A stretch of DNA of 64,000 nucleotides, taken from NCBI GenBank assembly GCA_021151695.1, contig JAGKWU010000008.1, positions 215,548-279,547 on the forward strand. Reading direction: 5' to 3'. The stretch is from Cellvibrionaceae bacterium. GTDB taxonomy: Bacteria; Pseudomonadota; Gammaproteobacteria; Pseudomonadales; Cellvibrionaceae. This document shows, piece after piece, positions 48,338 through 57,400 of the stretch. Below the pieces are notes generated by a model. The model saw only the letters and a list, made by a program, of their open reading frames with translations. It searched no databases and was not told the DNA's origin. The position numbers and the translations under genes were made by a program. Numbering within the stretch: the stretch's first letter is position 1; every line of letters starts with the position of its first letter.

Positions 48338-48368
48338 AAAAAAACGCCCGGACGTCACTGTCCGAGCG
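48338..48368 (-). terminator. Intrinsic terminator of the glycine-zipper gene
   Basis: Minus strand CGCTCGGAC...GTCCGGGCG-TTTTTTT. Confidence 0.75.
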
Positions 48369-48443
48369 CCGGCTACCTCAGCCAAAATAGGAGTCTTACC
48401 GTCAGAAAAAAGTCACACGCTTATTGCGATTCGTTTCAATTCA

Positions 48444-48905
48444 TCAGAGTCGATACAACTGGCCGTGCTCTACGCGAACCTTGTCGCCCACTCGCAGGCC
48501 GTTAATATCGGCGTAGTCATATTTCTCGCGGGTACCGTCAGGAAAGCGAACGGTAATCCGGTAAATTTCATCATCGCTGCCGCGATTTTTTTCGATGTTG
48601 TTGCCAGCTACTGCGCCGCCTATGGCACCCGCACCTGTGGCCAAATCATTACCTCTGCCACCGCCGAGCTGATGCCCTATCACGCCGCCAATCACCGCAC
48701 CCAACACGGCTCCGCCACCGGAAGTTTTGGAGTCCACACGCACCAGATCTATATCCGTTACTGTTGCGTAGTCTTCCTGGTCGCGAATTGAATTGTGTAC
48801 AGCCCTGTCACTGCGGTCTGCATAAGTACGCTCGTGCGAATGGTGGCTACTGCAGCTACTCAGCACTAGCGACAGGATGGAACAGATCAGCATTACGCGT
48901 TTCAT
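48444..48905 (-). CDS. Glycine-zipper 2TM outer-membrane lipoprotein (SlyB/YcfJ-like)
   Basis: Lipobox LSSC; GAVLGAVIGGVIGHQLGGGRGNDLATGAGAIGGAVAGN; LRVGDKVRV. Confidence 0.88.
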   Translation of the reverse strand: MKRVMLICSILSLVLSSCSSHHSHERTYADRSDRAVHNSIRDQEDYATVTDIDLVRVDSKTSGGGAVLGAVIGGVIGHQLGGGRGNDLATGAGAIGGAVAGNNIEKNRGSDDEIYRITVRFPDGTREKYDYADINGLRVGDKVRVEHGQLYRL

Positions 48906-48963
48906 GTCAGTCTCCCGGGCAGTCATCATGGTTGCCATAGTGCCTGCGCAGGCTTTGATCTTC

Positions 48964-48979
48964 TGTGCGGTAACAAACG
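48964..48979 (-). promoter_or_regulatory. Crp/Fnr-type box (degenerate) upstream of the glycine-zipper gene
   Basis: Minus strand CGTTTG-TTAC-CGCACA, 21 nt, then CACTAT. Confidence 0.5.
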
Positions 48980-49053
48980 AAGGTTTGAGGGTTTTGTAAA
49001 GGAGCCGGCGGAGAATTGTTAAGGAGTGTTGAGATTTTCTAAAAGCGAAAAAT

Positions 49054-49087
49054 AAAAAAGCCGGCGAAGAAATTATCGCCGGCTTTT
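49054..49087 (-). terminator. Intrinsic terminator after the Cys-rich peptide gene
   Basis: AAAAGCCGGCGA...TCGCCGGCTTTTTT. Confidence 0.85.
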
Positions 49088-49133
49088 CTTACGGGGGACT
49101 AGCGTTAAAGACTAGTCTCGATGGCATGTAGCC

Positions 49134-49256
49134 TTATGGACAGCAGGGCATGCTGCCGCAGCAGAGCAGGCCAACGCAGCAAGCACCGGCGGCAAGTGCG
49201 CCGGACGATAACAGTGCAAGCGCTAACCCGCTGAGTGATAACAATTTGAATTTCAT
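49134..49256 (-). CDS. 40-aa secreted Cys-rich peptide (not in the ORF track)
   Basis: Manual translation MKFKLLSLSGLALALLSSGALA-AGACCVGLLCCGSMPCCP; GAGGT SD 4 nt before the ATG; own terminator. Confidence 0.8.
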   Translation of the reverse strand: MKFKLLSLSGLALALLSSGALAAGACCVGLLCCGSMPCCP

Positions 49257-49260
49257 AAAT

Positions 49261-49307
49261 ACCTCGTTAAGTGAATATTAATTTATGTAGATTTCACGCT
49301 GCGAGGT
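49261..49307 (-). promoter_or_regulatory. Predicted SD-sequestering mRNA hairpin
   Basis: Minus strand ACCTCG-cagc-GTGAA...TTCAC-ttaa-CGAGGT; the 3' arm is the SD of the peptide gene. Confidence 0.65.
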
Positions 49308-49580
49308 TGGCGGTCGCCAGATGGTGTGGTTGGGCGGATATTGATACTGTGTTTGAATCGATTCCGGTTTGGTGCTGGTTGAATCAGCGATCAGCACCAG
49401 CACAGGTGAACTCATCGCCGTTGGTATGCACTGTGAGCAGGGCATTGCCATGTTCATGGTGTGACAGCTCAGGCTGGCGTCCGGGCAGCAGTTATCAGCC
49501 TTTGCAAACAGGCTGGCTGGCACCAGGGCCAGAAACAGGCTGAGCAATATGCAAAGACTTTTGTGCTTGAGGAGTTTCAT
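49278..49580 (-). CDS. Secreted CxxC/Met-rich leader protein with C-terminal RPP motif (DUF2946/CutF/CruR-like arrest peptide)
   Basis: Signal peptide; CC..CHTMNMAMPCSQC; YPPNHTIWRPP near the C-terminus; TATAAT at 49608-49613. Confidence 0.7.
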   Translation of the reverse strand: MKLLKHKSLCILLSLFLALVPASLFAKADNCCPDASLSCHTMNMAMPCSQCIPTAMSSPVLVLIADSTSTKPESIQTQYQYPPNHTIWRPPTSQREIYIN

Positions 49581-49615
49581 AGGCCGGCATCAGAAAGTGA
49601 CTGCCGAATTATAAC

Positions 49616-50212
49616 CTAATGATTGGCTGAAACCACCAGTTGCTGTAGATCGGTTTGCATGGCCTCTGCTAAATCCACGATTAAATTGCTATAAGCGCGG
49701 GCGATGCCTGCGGCATTATTTGCGGTAGTGCTGGTGTGTGAAAAATTTTTGCGGGTGATGATTTGTTTGCTCATGTTATCCACCAGCTCCCAGGTTGCGT
49801 CCAGGGTTGCCTGGCTGCCGCTGTAGTTGAGTTGGTGAATTTGCAAGCGCAGGCTGTGGCTGGGACGGGCATCACTGCGATAGGGGAATTGCACAAAACT
49901 GGTGGCGGGATTGTGCTGGCGCAGTGTGTCTGCAACTACGCGCGCTATGCCTTTATCGAGTGGCTCGCCCCAATAATCTGTGTCGGAAATTTGCAGGCTG
50001 TTGTCATCCTGCGTACGCACTATGGCGAGGCGATTGAGATAATCTGCTATCACAATCGGGCCTATGCCGACGCTGCGGGTGATATTGGTTGAGCTGTTTG
50101 TGGTCGTCGTCAGGGTTTCCGCGGAGTTCAGCAAATAATAATGTTTGCGCGGTGAGCTTTGGCAGCTCAGCAGTGTTGCGGCAATGAGCAGGATCATGGC
50201 GATGGGTTTCAT
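49616..50212 (-). CDS. PqiC-like ABC transport auxiliary lipoprotein
   Basis: Lipobox LLSC, HYYLL, VGIGPIVIADYLNRLAIV, WGEPL. Confidence 0.85.
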   Translation of the reverse strand: MKPIAMILLIAATLLSCQSSPRKHYYLLNSAETLTTTTNSSTNITRSVGIGPIVIADYLNRLAIVRTQDDNSLQISDTDYWGEPLDKGIARVVADTLRQHNPATSFVQFPYRSDARPSHSLRLQIHQLNYSGSQATLDATWELVDNMSKQIITRKNFSHTSTTANNAAGIARAYSNLIVDLAEAMQTDLQQLVVSANH

Positions 50213-50276
50213 TTGGATGCTCCTTAGCTCTGGTAATAACAATGGTTGCGCAGGATTATTTTATCAGTAGATGTGT

Positions 50277-51260
50277 TCATTTCTTTTCTTCCTGCAATTT
50301 TCGGCCGCGTAGCAATGCTTCTGGTTGCTGCTCCAGAGTTTCGCTCAATCCGCGGAATGCCTGTGCAGCTCGGCTGACATCATCCAGTGTGTTGTTAAGC
50401 TGGTTCATCAGCTGAGTGTCTTCGGAAAACGTATTGTTGAAGGTGTTGGCAGCCTGATTGAACTGCCCCAGTGTTTTGCGAAATTCCTCCAGGCTTTTAT
50501 TGGCGGATTGGGTTAGCTCGGGCGCACGGGCGTTGAGTTCACCCAGCAATTTGTCCGCTTCTTGTCGCGTGTTGTTCAGCCGTAACGTGAGCTGGTTGAT
50601 GTTGTCGGACGTTTGCTTTACCGAGGCAGCGGCGTCGCTGACGTTGGCAACTGCTTTTTCGATGCTGCCGCTGTTAACTAATTTATTTACGCCTGATGCA
50701 ATTTGATCCAGATTGTTTACTATGCCTTTGAGGTTGAGCTCTTGTAAGGTTTTAGCAATTTCTTCCAGTCCTGTTGCTTTGGTAGGCAGTTCGCGCAGGT
50801 CATCGCGCAGTTTGTAAAAATGCGCGGGCGTATCCGGGTGAAAATCCAGCTCAATGTAAAGCAGGCCAGTTAAAAAACTTTGGTAGTTGAGCTGGCCGCG
50901 CAACCCTTGGGCTATGGCATCGCTAAAAAATTCGTCTTTGGCAACGGAGCCTCGAATATTGATGCGTTTCATCACCAGCTCGCCGGTGACGGCTGTCACT
51001 ATGGTTTGCGGTGTGGTGATGGCTTTGTTTGAGGTTTGGAAGTTAATTTGAATATCCGTTATCTCGCCAATTACTACGCCTTTGAGTTTTATGGGCGCGC
51101 CTATTTGCAACCCCTGCACCGACCCTTCGAAATACATGATGACTTTTTCTTTGGGCGTAAAAATGCGGCCGCCCGAGAAAAAAATCAGCGCCGCAAATAC
51201 CAGCACTATGGCGCCCACAATAAAACTGCCAATGGCGAGCGATGAGTTTTTGGCGGTCAT
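50277..51260 (-). CDS. MCE/MlaD-domain protein with a long helical C-terminus
   Basis: FEGSVQGLQIGAPIKLKGVVIGEI, GLRGQL..SFLTGLLYIEL, LEQQPEALLRG. Confidence 0.88.
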   Translation of the reverse strand: MTAKNSSLAIGSFIVGAIVLVFAALIFFSGGRIFTPKEKVIMYFEGSVQGLQIGAPIKLKGVVIGEITDIQINFQTSNKAITTPQTIVTAVTGELVMKRINIRGSVAKDEFFSDAIAQGLRGQLNYQSFLTGLLYIELDFHPDTPAHFYKLRDDLRELPTKATGLEEIAKTLQELNLKGIVNNLDQIASGVNKLVNSGSIEKAVANVSDAAASVKQTSDNINQLTLRLNNTRQEADKLLGELNARAPELTQSANKSLEEFRKTLGQFNQAANTFNNTFSEDTQLMNQLNNTLDDVSRAAQAFRGLSETLEQQPEALLRGRKLQEEKK

Positions 51261-52108
51261 GATGGCTCCTTCGTTGTTTGTGCGCGCGCGTCTGCCTCTT
51301 TATTTTCAGCGCGATTTAAAAACTGGATGACCTTTTCGTGTTTGCTGTGCTCACGTAAATATTTTGGATCACCGGTATCCAGCATGGTTTTGCTTTGTGC
51401 ATCCAGAAATACACAATTGGTGCCCACGGACAAAATACTGGGCAGTTCATGGGAGACAATGATCACGGTGGAGTCGAGGGCCTGGCAGATTTGTACAATC
51501 AGTTGATCGAGCCGCAGTGAGCTGATGGGGTCAAGGCCTGCTGAGGGCTCGTCAAAAAATAATAATTCGGGGTCCAGCGCAAGTGCGCGGGCGAGGCCGG
51601 CGCGTTTGTGCATGCCGCCGCTGATTTCCGAGGGATAAAATTCCTCAAAGCCGCCGAGGCCGACCAGTGCGAGTTTATAGGCAACTGTCTCGGCAATCTG
51701 GCGCTCGGATAAATCGGTATAGAGTTGCAAGGGCAGCGCGACATTTTCCGCCAGTGTCATGCTCGAAAAGAGCGCGCCCGACTGGTAGGTGATGCCCCAG
51801 CTTTTGAGCAACTCTATGCGCGTATCTGGTTCGGCCCGGTAAAAATCTGTGCCCTGCTCATGGTCAGTTTTGTCAGAGTAATAAATTACGTTGCCACTGC
51901 TAGGTGGCAGCAATCCGATCATGCTTTTCAGCAGGGTGGTTTTGCCGCAGCCGCTGCCGCCGATAATAAAAAAGATATCGTTTTTGTTGATGGTGAAATT
52001 AAGGTTTTTTTGCACCACGCGCTCGCCGTAGCCGATGCTCAAATCGCGTACCTCAACAAAGGGCTCTGTTGTGTTTTGATTTTTTTTACCTGCATCCGCC
52101 ATCATCAA
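51257..52108 (-). CDS. MlaF-like ABC transporter ATPase
   Basis: GGSGCGKT, ISGGMHKRAGLARA, FFDEPSAGLDP. Confidence 0.9.
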   Translation of the reverse strand: MMMADAGKKNQNTTEPFVEVRDLSIGYGERVVQKNLNFTINKNDIFFIIGGSGCGKTTLLKSMIGLLPPSSGNVIYYSDKTDHEQGTDFYRAEPDTRIELLKSWGITYQSGALFSSMTLAENVALPLQLYTDLSERQIAETVAYKLALVGLGGFEEFYPSEISGGMHKRAGLARALALDPELLFFDEPSAGLDPISSLRLDQLIVQICQALDSTVIIVSHELPSILSVGTNCVFLDAQSKTMLDTGDPKYLREHSKHEKVIQFLNRAENKEADARAQTTKEPS

Positions 52109-53235
52109 ATACCTAATTTGTCGTAGAGAATATTGAACGCCGCATCCGCGAGTATGAGATACACAATCGCACGCACTACCGCATTGGTGGTGGCCACGCC
52201 CACCGCGTTGGAGCTGCGCCCGCCGCTCAGGCCCGCCTGGCAGCCGGCGATGGCGATGAGGATGCCGAACACCAGGCTTTTGAATAAACCGCTGAAAATA
52301 TCACCCCAGCCGACGGCGCCCTGGGTTTGCAAAATGTATTGTTTGAAATTCACGTCCATGCCGGATGCCACCAGTGCGCCGCCGGCCATGCCGATCACAT
52401 CGGAATAAATACTCAACAGCGGCATCACAAATACCAGCGCGACCAAACGTGGTACTACTAAAAATTCCATACTCGAAATGCCCATGGTCTTGAGCGCGTC
52501 GACTTCTTCGTTGGCTTGCATGGTGCCCAGTTGCGCTGCATAGGCGGCGCCTGTGCGACCGGCGACTATGATGGCCGTCATGAGTGCGCCCATCTCGCGC
52601 ACCATGCCGAGCGATACCAGGTTGGCGACATACACCTGCGCGCCCAGCTGCCGCAACTGCACTGAGCCGAGGTAGGCGAGGATCATGCCGACCGAGGTAC
52701 TGATGAGCGTGATGATAGGCAGCGCGCGCGGCCCGGCCTGGTCGATAAAAAAAGCGATATCGGTGCGACGGGTGTTGGCGTTGCCGCGCAGCCAGCGGGC
52801 GATGGCGAGCCAGGTGTCGCCGATAAACACGAGGGTGGCGCGGGATTCGCGGCCCAGGCTATCGATTTGTTCCATCAAATAATCGGAGAGGCTGGTGGGC
52901 TTGTCTGTCTTTTGGGTGTCGGCGGTGGGGATATCTATCGCGAGTTTGAGCAGGTTTTGTAGGCCGGACGGGGCTGCGCTGGTGTCCAGTGGGATGTCAT
53001 GCGCCTGGCAATGGCGGATCAGCAGCAAGAGTGCGCTGGCCAGGCTGGAGTCCCAGTGGCCGAGTCCGCCCAGGTCGAGTTTTAGCGCCTTGCAGTCTGC
53101 GGGTATGGCGTCGCACAGCTGCTCGGAACCGGGCGCTTTGCCCAGCTCCCAGTCGCCGGTGAGCTTCAGGATCTGCTGTTGGTCTTGTACCTGCTCTTGG
53201 CCTTGGGCTTCGAATATGAAACTGGCGTCCGTCAT
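52105..53235 (-). CDS. MlaE-family permease with N-terminal STAS domain
   Basis: DLGGLGHWDSS (STAS); REMGALMTAIIVAGRTGAAYAAQLGTM. Confidence 0.9.
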   Translation of the reverse strand: MTDASFIFEAQGQEQVQDQQQILKLTGDWELGKAPGSEQLCDAIPADCKALKLDLGGLGHWDSSLASALLLLIRHCQAHDIPLDTSAAPSGLQNLLKLAIDIPTADTQKTDKPTSLSDYLMEQIDSLGRESRATLVFIGDTWLAIARWLRGNANTRRTDIAFFIDQAGPRALPIITLISTSVGMILAYLGSVQLRQLGAQVYVANLVSLGMVREMGALMTAIIVAGRTGAAYAAQLGTMQANEEVDALKTMGISSMEFLVVPRLVALVFVMPLLSIYSDVIGMAGGALVASGMDVNFKQYILQTQGAVGWGDIFSGLFKSLVFGILIAIAGCQAGLSGGRSSNAVGVATTNAVVRAIVYLILADAAFNILYDKLGI

Positions 53236-53266
53236 GGTTCTCCCTGGTGATGATCGTTACTCGCTC

Positions 53267-53324
53267 GCGTCTCGCTAAAAACTGACAGGCGTCTCGCTAA
53301 AAAAGAATAGGCGTCTCGCTTAAA
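53267..53324. repeat. Three direct repeats GCGTCTCGCTWAAA with exact 22-bp period
   Basis: Copies start at 53267, 53289 and 53311. Confidence 0.85.
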
Positions 53325-53417
53325 GCTAATCCATGCACATCAACTTCTCAACCTGATGTTGGTAGCGGGTTGTAACCGAAGTTAAACACCAGCCTAGGCG
53401 TCGCGTTAAAGCGGGTC

Positions 53418-53433
53418 TGTGCGTTGGCAGACT
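53418..53433 (-). promoter_or_regulatory. Crp/Fnr-type box of the mla/pqi operon promoter
   Basis: Minus strand AGTCTG-CCAA-CGCACA, 21 nt, then -10 TAGGCT preceded by CGCC. Confidence 0.62.
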
Positions 53434-53524
53434 TTTGCGGTTGCAGTATGTGTGTGGTTTTAGGTCGCAACTTGTTGCTCTGCGTGCCGGCCTGGATGTG
53501 CTTGTTAACCGGTTGCGCTACCTG

Positions 53525-53540
53525 TGTGTGCTTGCGCACT
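53525..53540 (+). promoter_or_regulatory. Crp/Fnr-type box of the ferritin-like gene promoter
   Basis: TGTGTG-CTTG-CGCACT, 21 nt, then CAGGAT. Confidence 0.58.
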
Positions 53541-53596
53541 GATGCGGTAAGGCCCCGGCGTCAGGATTGATCCCAAGCATCCGAGGAGAATCGCCC

Positions 53597-54154
53597 ATGT
53601 CTTACACCAGCCTTCCCGAAACCGGCCTCACTGATACCCAGACCCTGCGCCGCCATGCGCGCGAGCACCTGGAGCAAGGTGCAGTGACCGCAAGTTACAC
53701 CGCCGACCGCGAAACAGTATTGCGCTTGCTCAATGAAGCGCTTGCTACCGAGCTGGTGTGTGTATTGCGTTATCGCCGCCATCATTTTATGGCGCGCGGC
53801 ATAGTCTCCAAAAATATCGCTGACGAATTTATGCAGCATGCCAATGAGGAACTGGCCCATGCCGATCAAATTGCCGCCCGCATTGTGCAGTTAGGCGGTG
53901 AGCCGGATTTTGCGCCCGATGGCCTCAGCAGTCGCAGTCACGCCGAGTATGTGCAAGGCGCCAGCCTGGCGGACATGATCGCCGAGAACCTGGTGGCCGA
54001 GCGTATCGCCATCGACAGCTATCGCGAATTTATCCAATACCTGGGCGACCGCGATCCCACCACATCCAAGATGTTGAAAGACATATTAGCCATCGAAGAG
54101 GAGCACGCCGACGAACTGTCGGATTTGCTCAACGATTTGCCGCTGCATTCATGA
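53597..54154 (+). CDS. Ferritin-like di-iron protein (bacterioferritin/Dps-like)
   Basis: LNEALATELVCVLRY, EELAHAD, ENLVAERIAIDSY, EEEHAD; GAGGAG RBS. Confidence 0.85.
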   Translation: MSYTSLPETGLTDTQTLRRHAREHLEQGAVTASYTADRETVLRLLNEALATELVCVLRYRRHHFMARGIVSKNIADEFMQHANEELAHADQIAARIVQLGGEPDFAPDGLSSRSHAEYVQGASLADMIAENLVAERIAIDSYREFIQYLGDRDPTTSKMLKDILAIEEEHADELSDLLNDLPLHS

Positions 54155-54167
54155 GGACAAAGTTGCC

Positions 54168-54326
54168 ATGACCCTGAGCGGTATTTTGCTGGTTATTTTG
54201 TTGCTCTTGTTGATAGGCGCGTTTCCCTCCTGGCCCTACAGCCAGGGGTGGGGTTACGGGCCGAGCGGCGGCCTTGGGCTGCTGCTGTTGATCGTGATCG
54301 TTGTGCTCTTTTTCGGGCGTCACTAG
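54168..54326 (+). CDS. Second DUF3309 family small membrane protein (52 aa; not in the ORF track)
   Basis: [52 protein letters not shown]. Confidence 0.82.
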   Translation: MTLSGILLVILLLLLIGAFPSWPYSQGWGYGPSGGLGLLLLIVIVVLFFGRH

Positions 54327-54497
54327 TCCATGGAAATCTTGCCAATGGCCCTCCGGGCTCACAGCTGAGGACACCGACCCTTTAGGGGGCCTGACCTTCG
54401 TCAGGCCAGTCACCAGATCCTTGGGGTTCGGTCGCAATGCCTGTTCGTCATGAACGGCAGACCGAAGGGGTACAGCCCTTTACTCCATGGGATTCTT

Positions 54498-57400
54498 ATG
54501 AAATTCGAAAACCGCTTCAAGCTCCCCGAAACCCTCCCGCCTGTGCTGGCGCGCGCTGATGATGAACCTTTGCCTTCGGCGGACCCGGCAGAAAAGCCGC
54601 AGCTGGAGTTGCAGGAGAGCCTGGGGCCGCTGATTTTCGGGCGTACGCGTGCCTGGGTGCTGGATTTGGTGGATTACTTTGGCGGTTGGAGTAACGACCA
54701 CTTCAGCAACGAAGAACTTCACCCGCTGCGCGCAGAGCTCTATAGCGCCGACCAAATGGAGCAGCATGGTAAACACCTGGCGGCTAACCACAAGCTCAGC
54801 CGCTATGGTGTACACAATCGCCTGTTGCGCCGACTGGATGAAAACGAATCGGTTTTGATTGCCAGCTGCCAGATGCTCATGGATGAGGTCAAAGCCCGAT
54901 CCCGCATAGCACCTGCAGGTGAGTGGTTGCTGGATAACTTTTATCTGATCGAAGACCAGATACGCACCGCCCGTCAGCATTTGCCCAAAGGTTATAGCCG
55001 CGAATTGCCGCGCCTGGCCAATGGCAAATCCCGTGGCTTACCGCGGGTTTACGATTTGGCCGAGGATGCGGTTGCCCACGGCGATGGTCGTATCGACGTG
55101 GCCCTGCTCACCCGCTTTGTTGATGCCTACCAATCAGTGACGGCGCTGACGCTGGGTGAACTCTGGGCTATCCCCATCATGCTGCGCCTGGCGTTAATTG
55201 AGAATTTGCGTCGGGTGGCCTCCCGCATCAGCGCCGCGCGGCTGCACATTAACCGGGCCCGCCAATGGGCTGAGTTGATGATTGAAACCGCGGAGAACGA
55301 TCCCAAAAACCTGATCTTGATAGTGGCAGATATGGCGCGCTCCCAGCCGCCGCTGGTTAGCCCGTTTATCGCCGAGTTTTCCCGCCAATTGCAGGGGCAC
55401 GGCCCGGCGCTGGCGCTGCCGTTAACCTGGATTAAAGATCGACTGGCGGAGGATAGCCAGACCGTGGAGCAGATGATCCTGGCCGAAACCCAGCAACAGG
55501 CGGCCGATCAGGTGTCCATCAGTAACAGTATCGGCAGCTTGCGTTTTTTGGGCGCCACCGACTGGCGAGTGTTTGTCGAGAATATGAGTGTGGTGGAAGA
55601 CGTGCTGCGCAAGGATCTCAACAACACTTACGCCAACATGGATTTCTCCACGCGCGACAGCTACCGCCAGGTGATCGACCGACTGGCCAAGCGTATTCGC
55701 CTGAGCGAGGCTGAGGTGGCGCGGGCGGCTATTACCTTGGCAGGCATGAGTGCTGCCAGTGAGCCGGATCAACCCCATAAATCCCACGTGGGCTATTACC
55801 TGATCGATAACGGCCTGCAAAAGCTGGAGCAGATGGTAAAGGCGCGCCTGTCACCGCTCACTCGCGCGCGCCGCTTTGTGTCGCGCGCGCCGCTGTTGTT
55901 GCATTTGGGCAGTATCCTGATACTGGTTGCGCTCTTTACCGGTGTGTTGGTGGGCGAGGCGCATAGCGCTGGTGTCAAGGGTTGGCCCTTGTGGTTGTTG
56001 GGCGTGGTGAGTGCCTTGGCTACCAGCCAATTGGCGACTGCCTTGACCAACTGGCTGGCCATCTTGTTGGTTGCCCCCAAAACCCTGCCGCGGCTGGACT
56101 ACTCCGAAGGCTTGCCGGCGCAGATGCGCAGCCTGGTGGTCATTCCCTCTATGCTGACAGACAGTGAAAGTCTGGATGAATTGCTGGAAGCGCTTGAAGT
56201 GCGCTACCTGGGCAACCGCGATGAGTACCTGCACTTTGCCCTGCTCACGGATTTTAACGATGCCGCCAGCGAGACGCTTCCCTCCGACCAGGAATTAGTG
56301 AGCCTCGCCACGAAGGGCATAGAACTGCTCAACCTGAAATATCCCAGTGAACAGGGCGACCGCTTTTTGCTGTTCCACCGCCCGCGCTGCTGGAATTCCA
56401 CCGAAAAAATCTGGATGGGTTACGAGCGCAAACGCGGCAAACTGGCCGATCTCAATAACCTGCTGCGCGGTAAAGACCAAGGCTTTAATACAGCATCGCG
56501 CGGCAACGGCAGTTGCTTCTCGGTGATTGTGGGCAACATCAGCCAGTTGTATGGGGTCAAATACGTCATCACCCTGGATACGGATACCCAGCTGCCACGG
56601 GATTCGGCGCGGGAATTTATCGGCGCCATGGCTCATCCGCTCAATCAGCCGAGGTTTGATAATGAGGGCACCCGGGTGGTGGGTGGTTATGGCATCCTCC
56701 AGCCGCGCATGGCGGCCACCTTGTCCGGCCATAGACGTTCCCGGTATGCGCTGCTGTACGGCTTGGAGCCGGGGATTGACCCCTACACCCGCAGCGTGTC
56801 GGATGTGTACCAGGATCTGTTCGACGAGGGCTCCTTTATCGGCAAAGGTATCTATGACGTGGATGCCTTTGAGCAGACACTGCGCGACCGCTTCCCGGAA
56901 AACCGCATCCTCAGCCACGACTTGCTTGAGGGCTGCTATACCCGCTCTGGTCTGCTCAGCGATGTACAGCTCTACGAGGAAAATCCCACCAGCTATGCCG
57001 CCGATGTCAGCCGGCGCGAGCGCTGGATTCGCGGCGACTGGCAGATCGCCAGTTGGCTGTTCCGCCGTGTGCCCGGTTTTGAAGGCAAGCGCCAGAGTAA
57101 CCCGCTGTCGGCCCTCTCGCGCTGGAAAATCTTCGACAACCTGGTGCGCAGCCTGGCGCCCGCCGCCCTGCTGCTCACCCTGGCCATTGGTTGGTTGCTC
57201 ACACCCAGCCCGGGTTTCTGGACGCTCGCTGCCATAGGCATAGTGCTGGTGCCCAGCTTTGTCATCGCCTTTGTTGATCTCTTTCGCCGCGCCCAGGAGG
57301 TGGGTTTTGCCCAGCATCTTGGCGCTGTGCTGCAATCCGCTGGCCGCAATATGGCGCAGGCGGGCTTCCGCATCGCCTGCCTGCCGCACGAGGCGCTGTT

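Noticed and set aside
54442..54486. Additional Crp-type box upstream of ndvB
   Set aside because: Only CAGAC matches; the palindrome and -10 hexamer are too degenerate to call.
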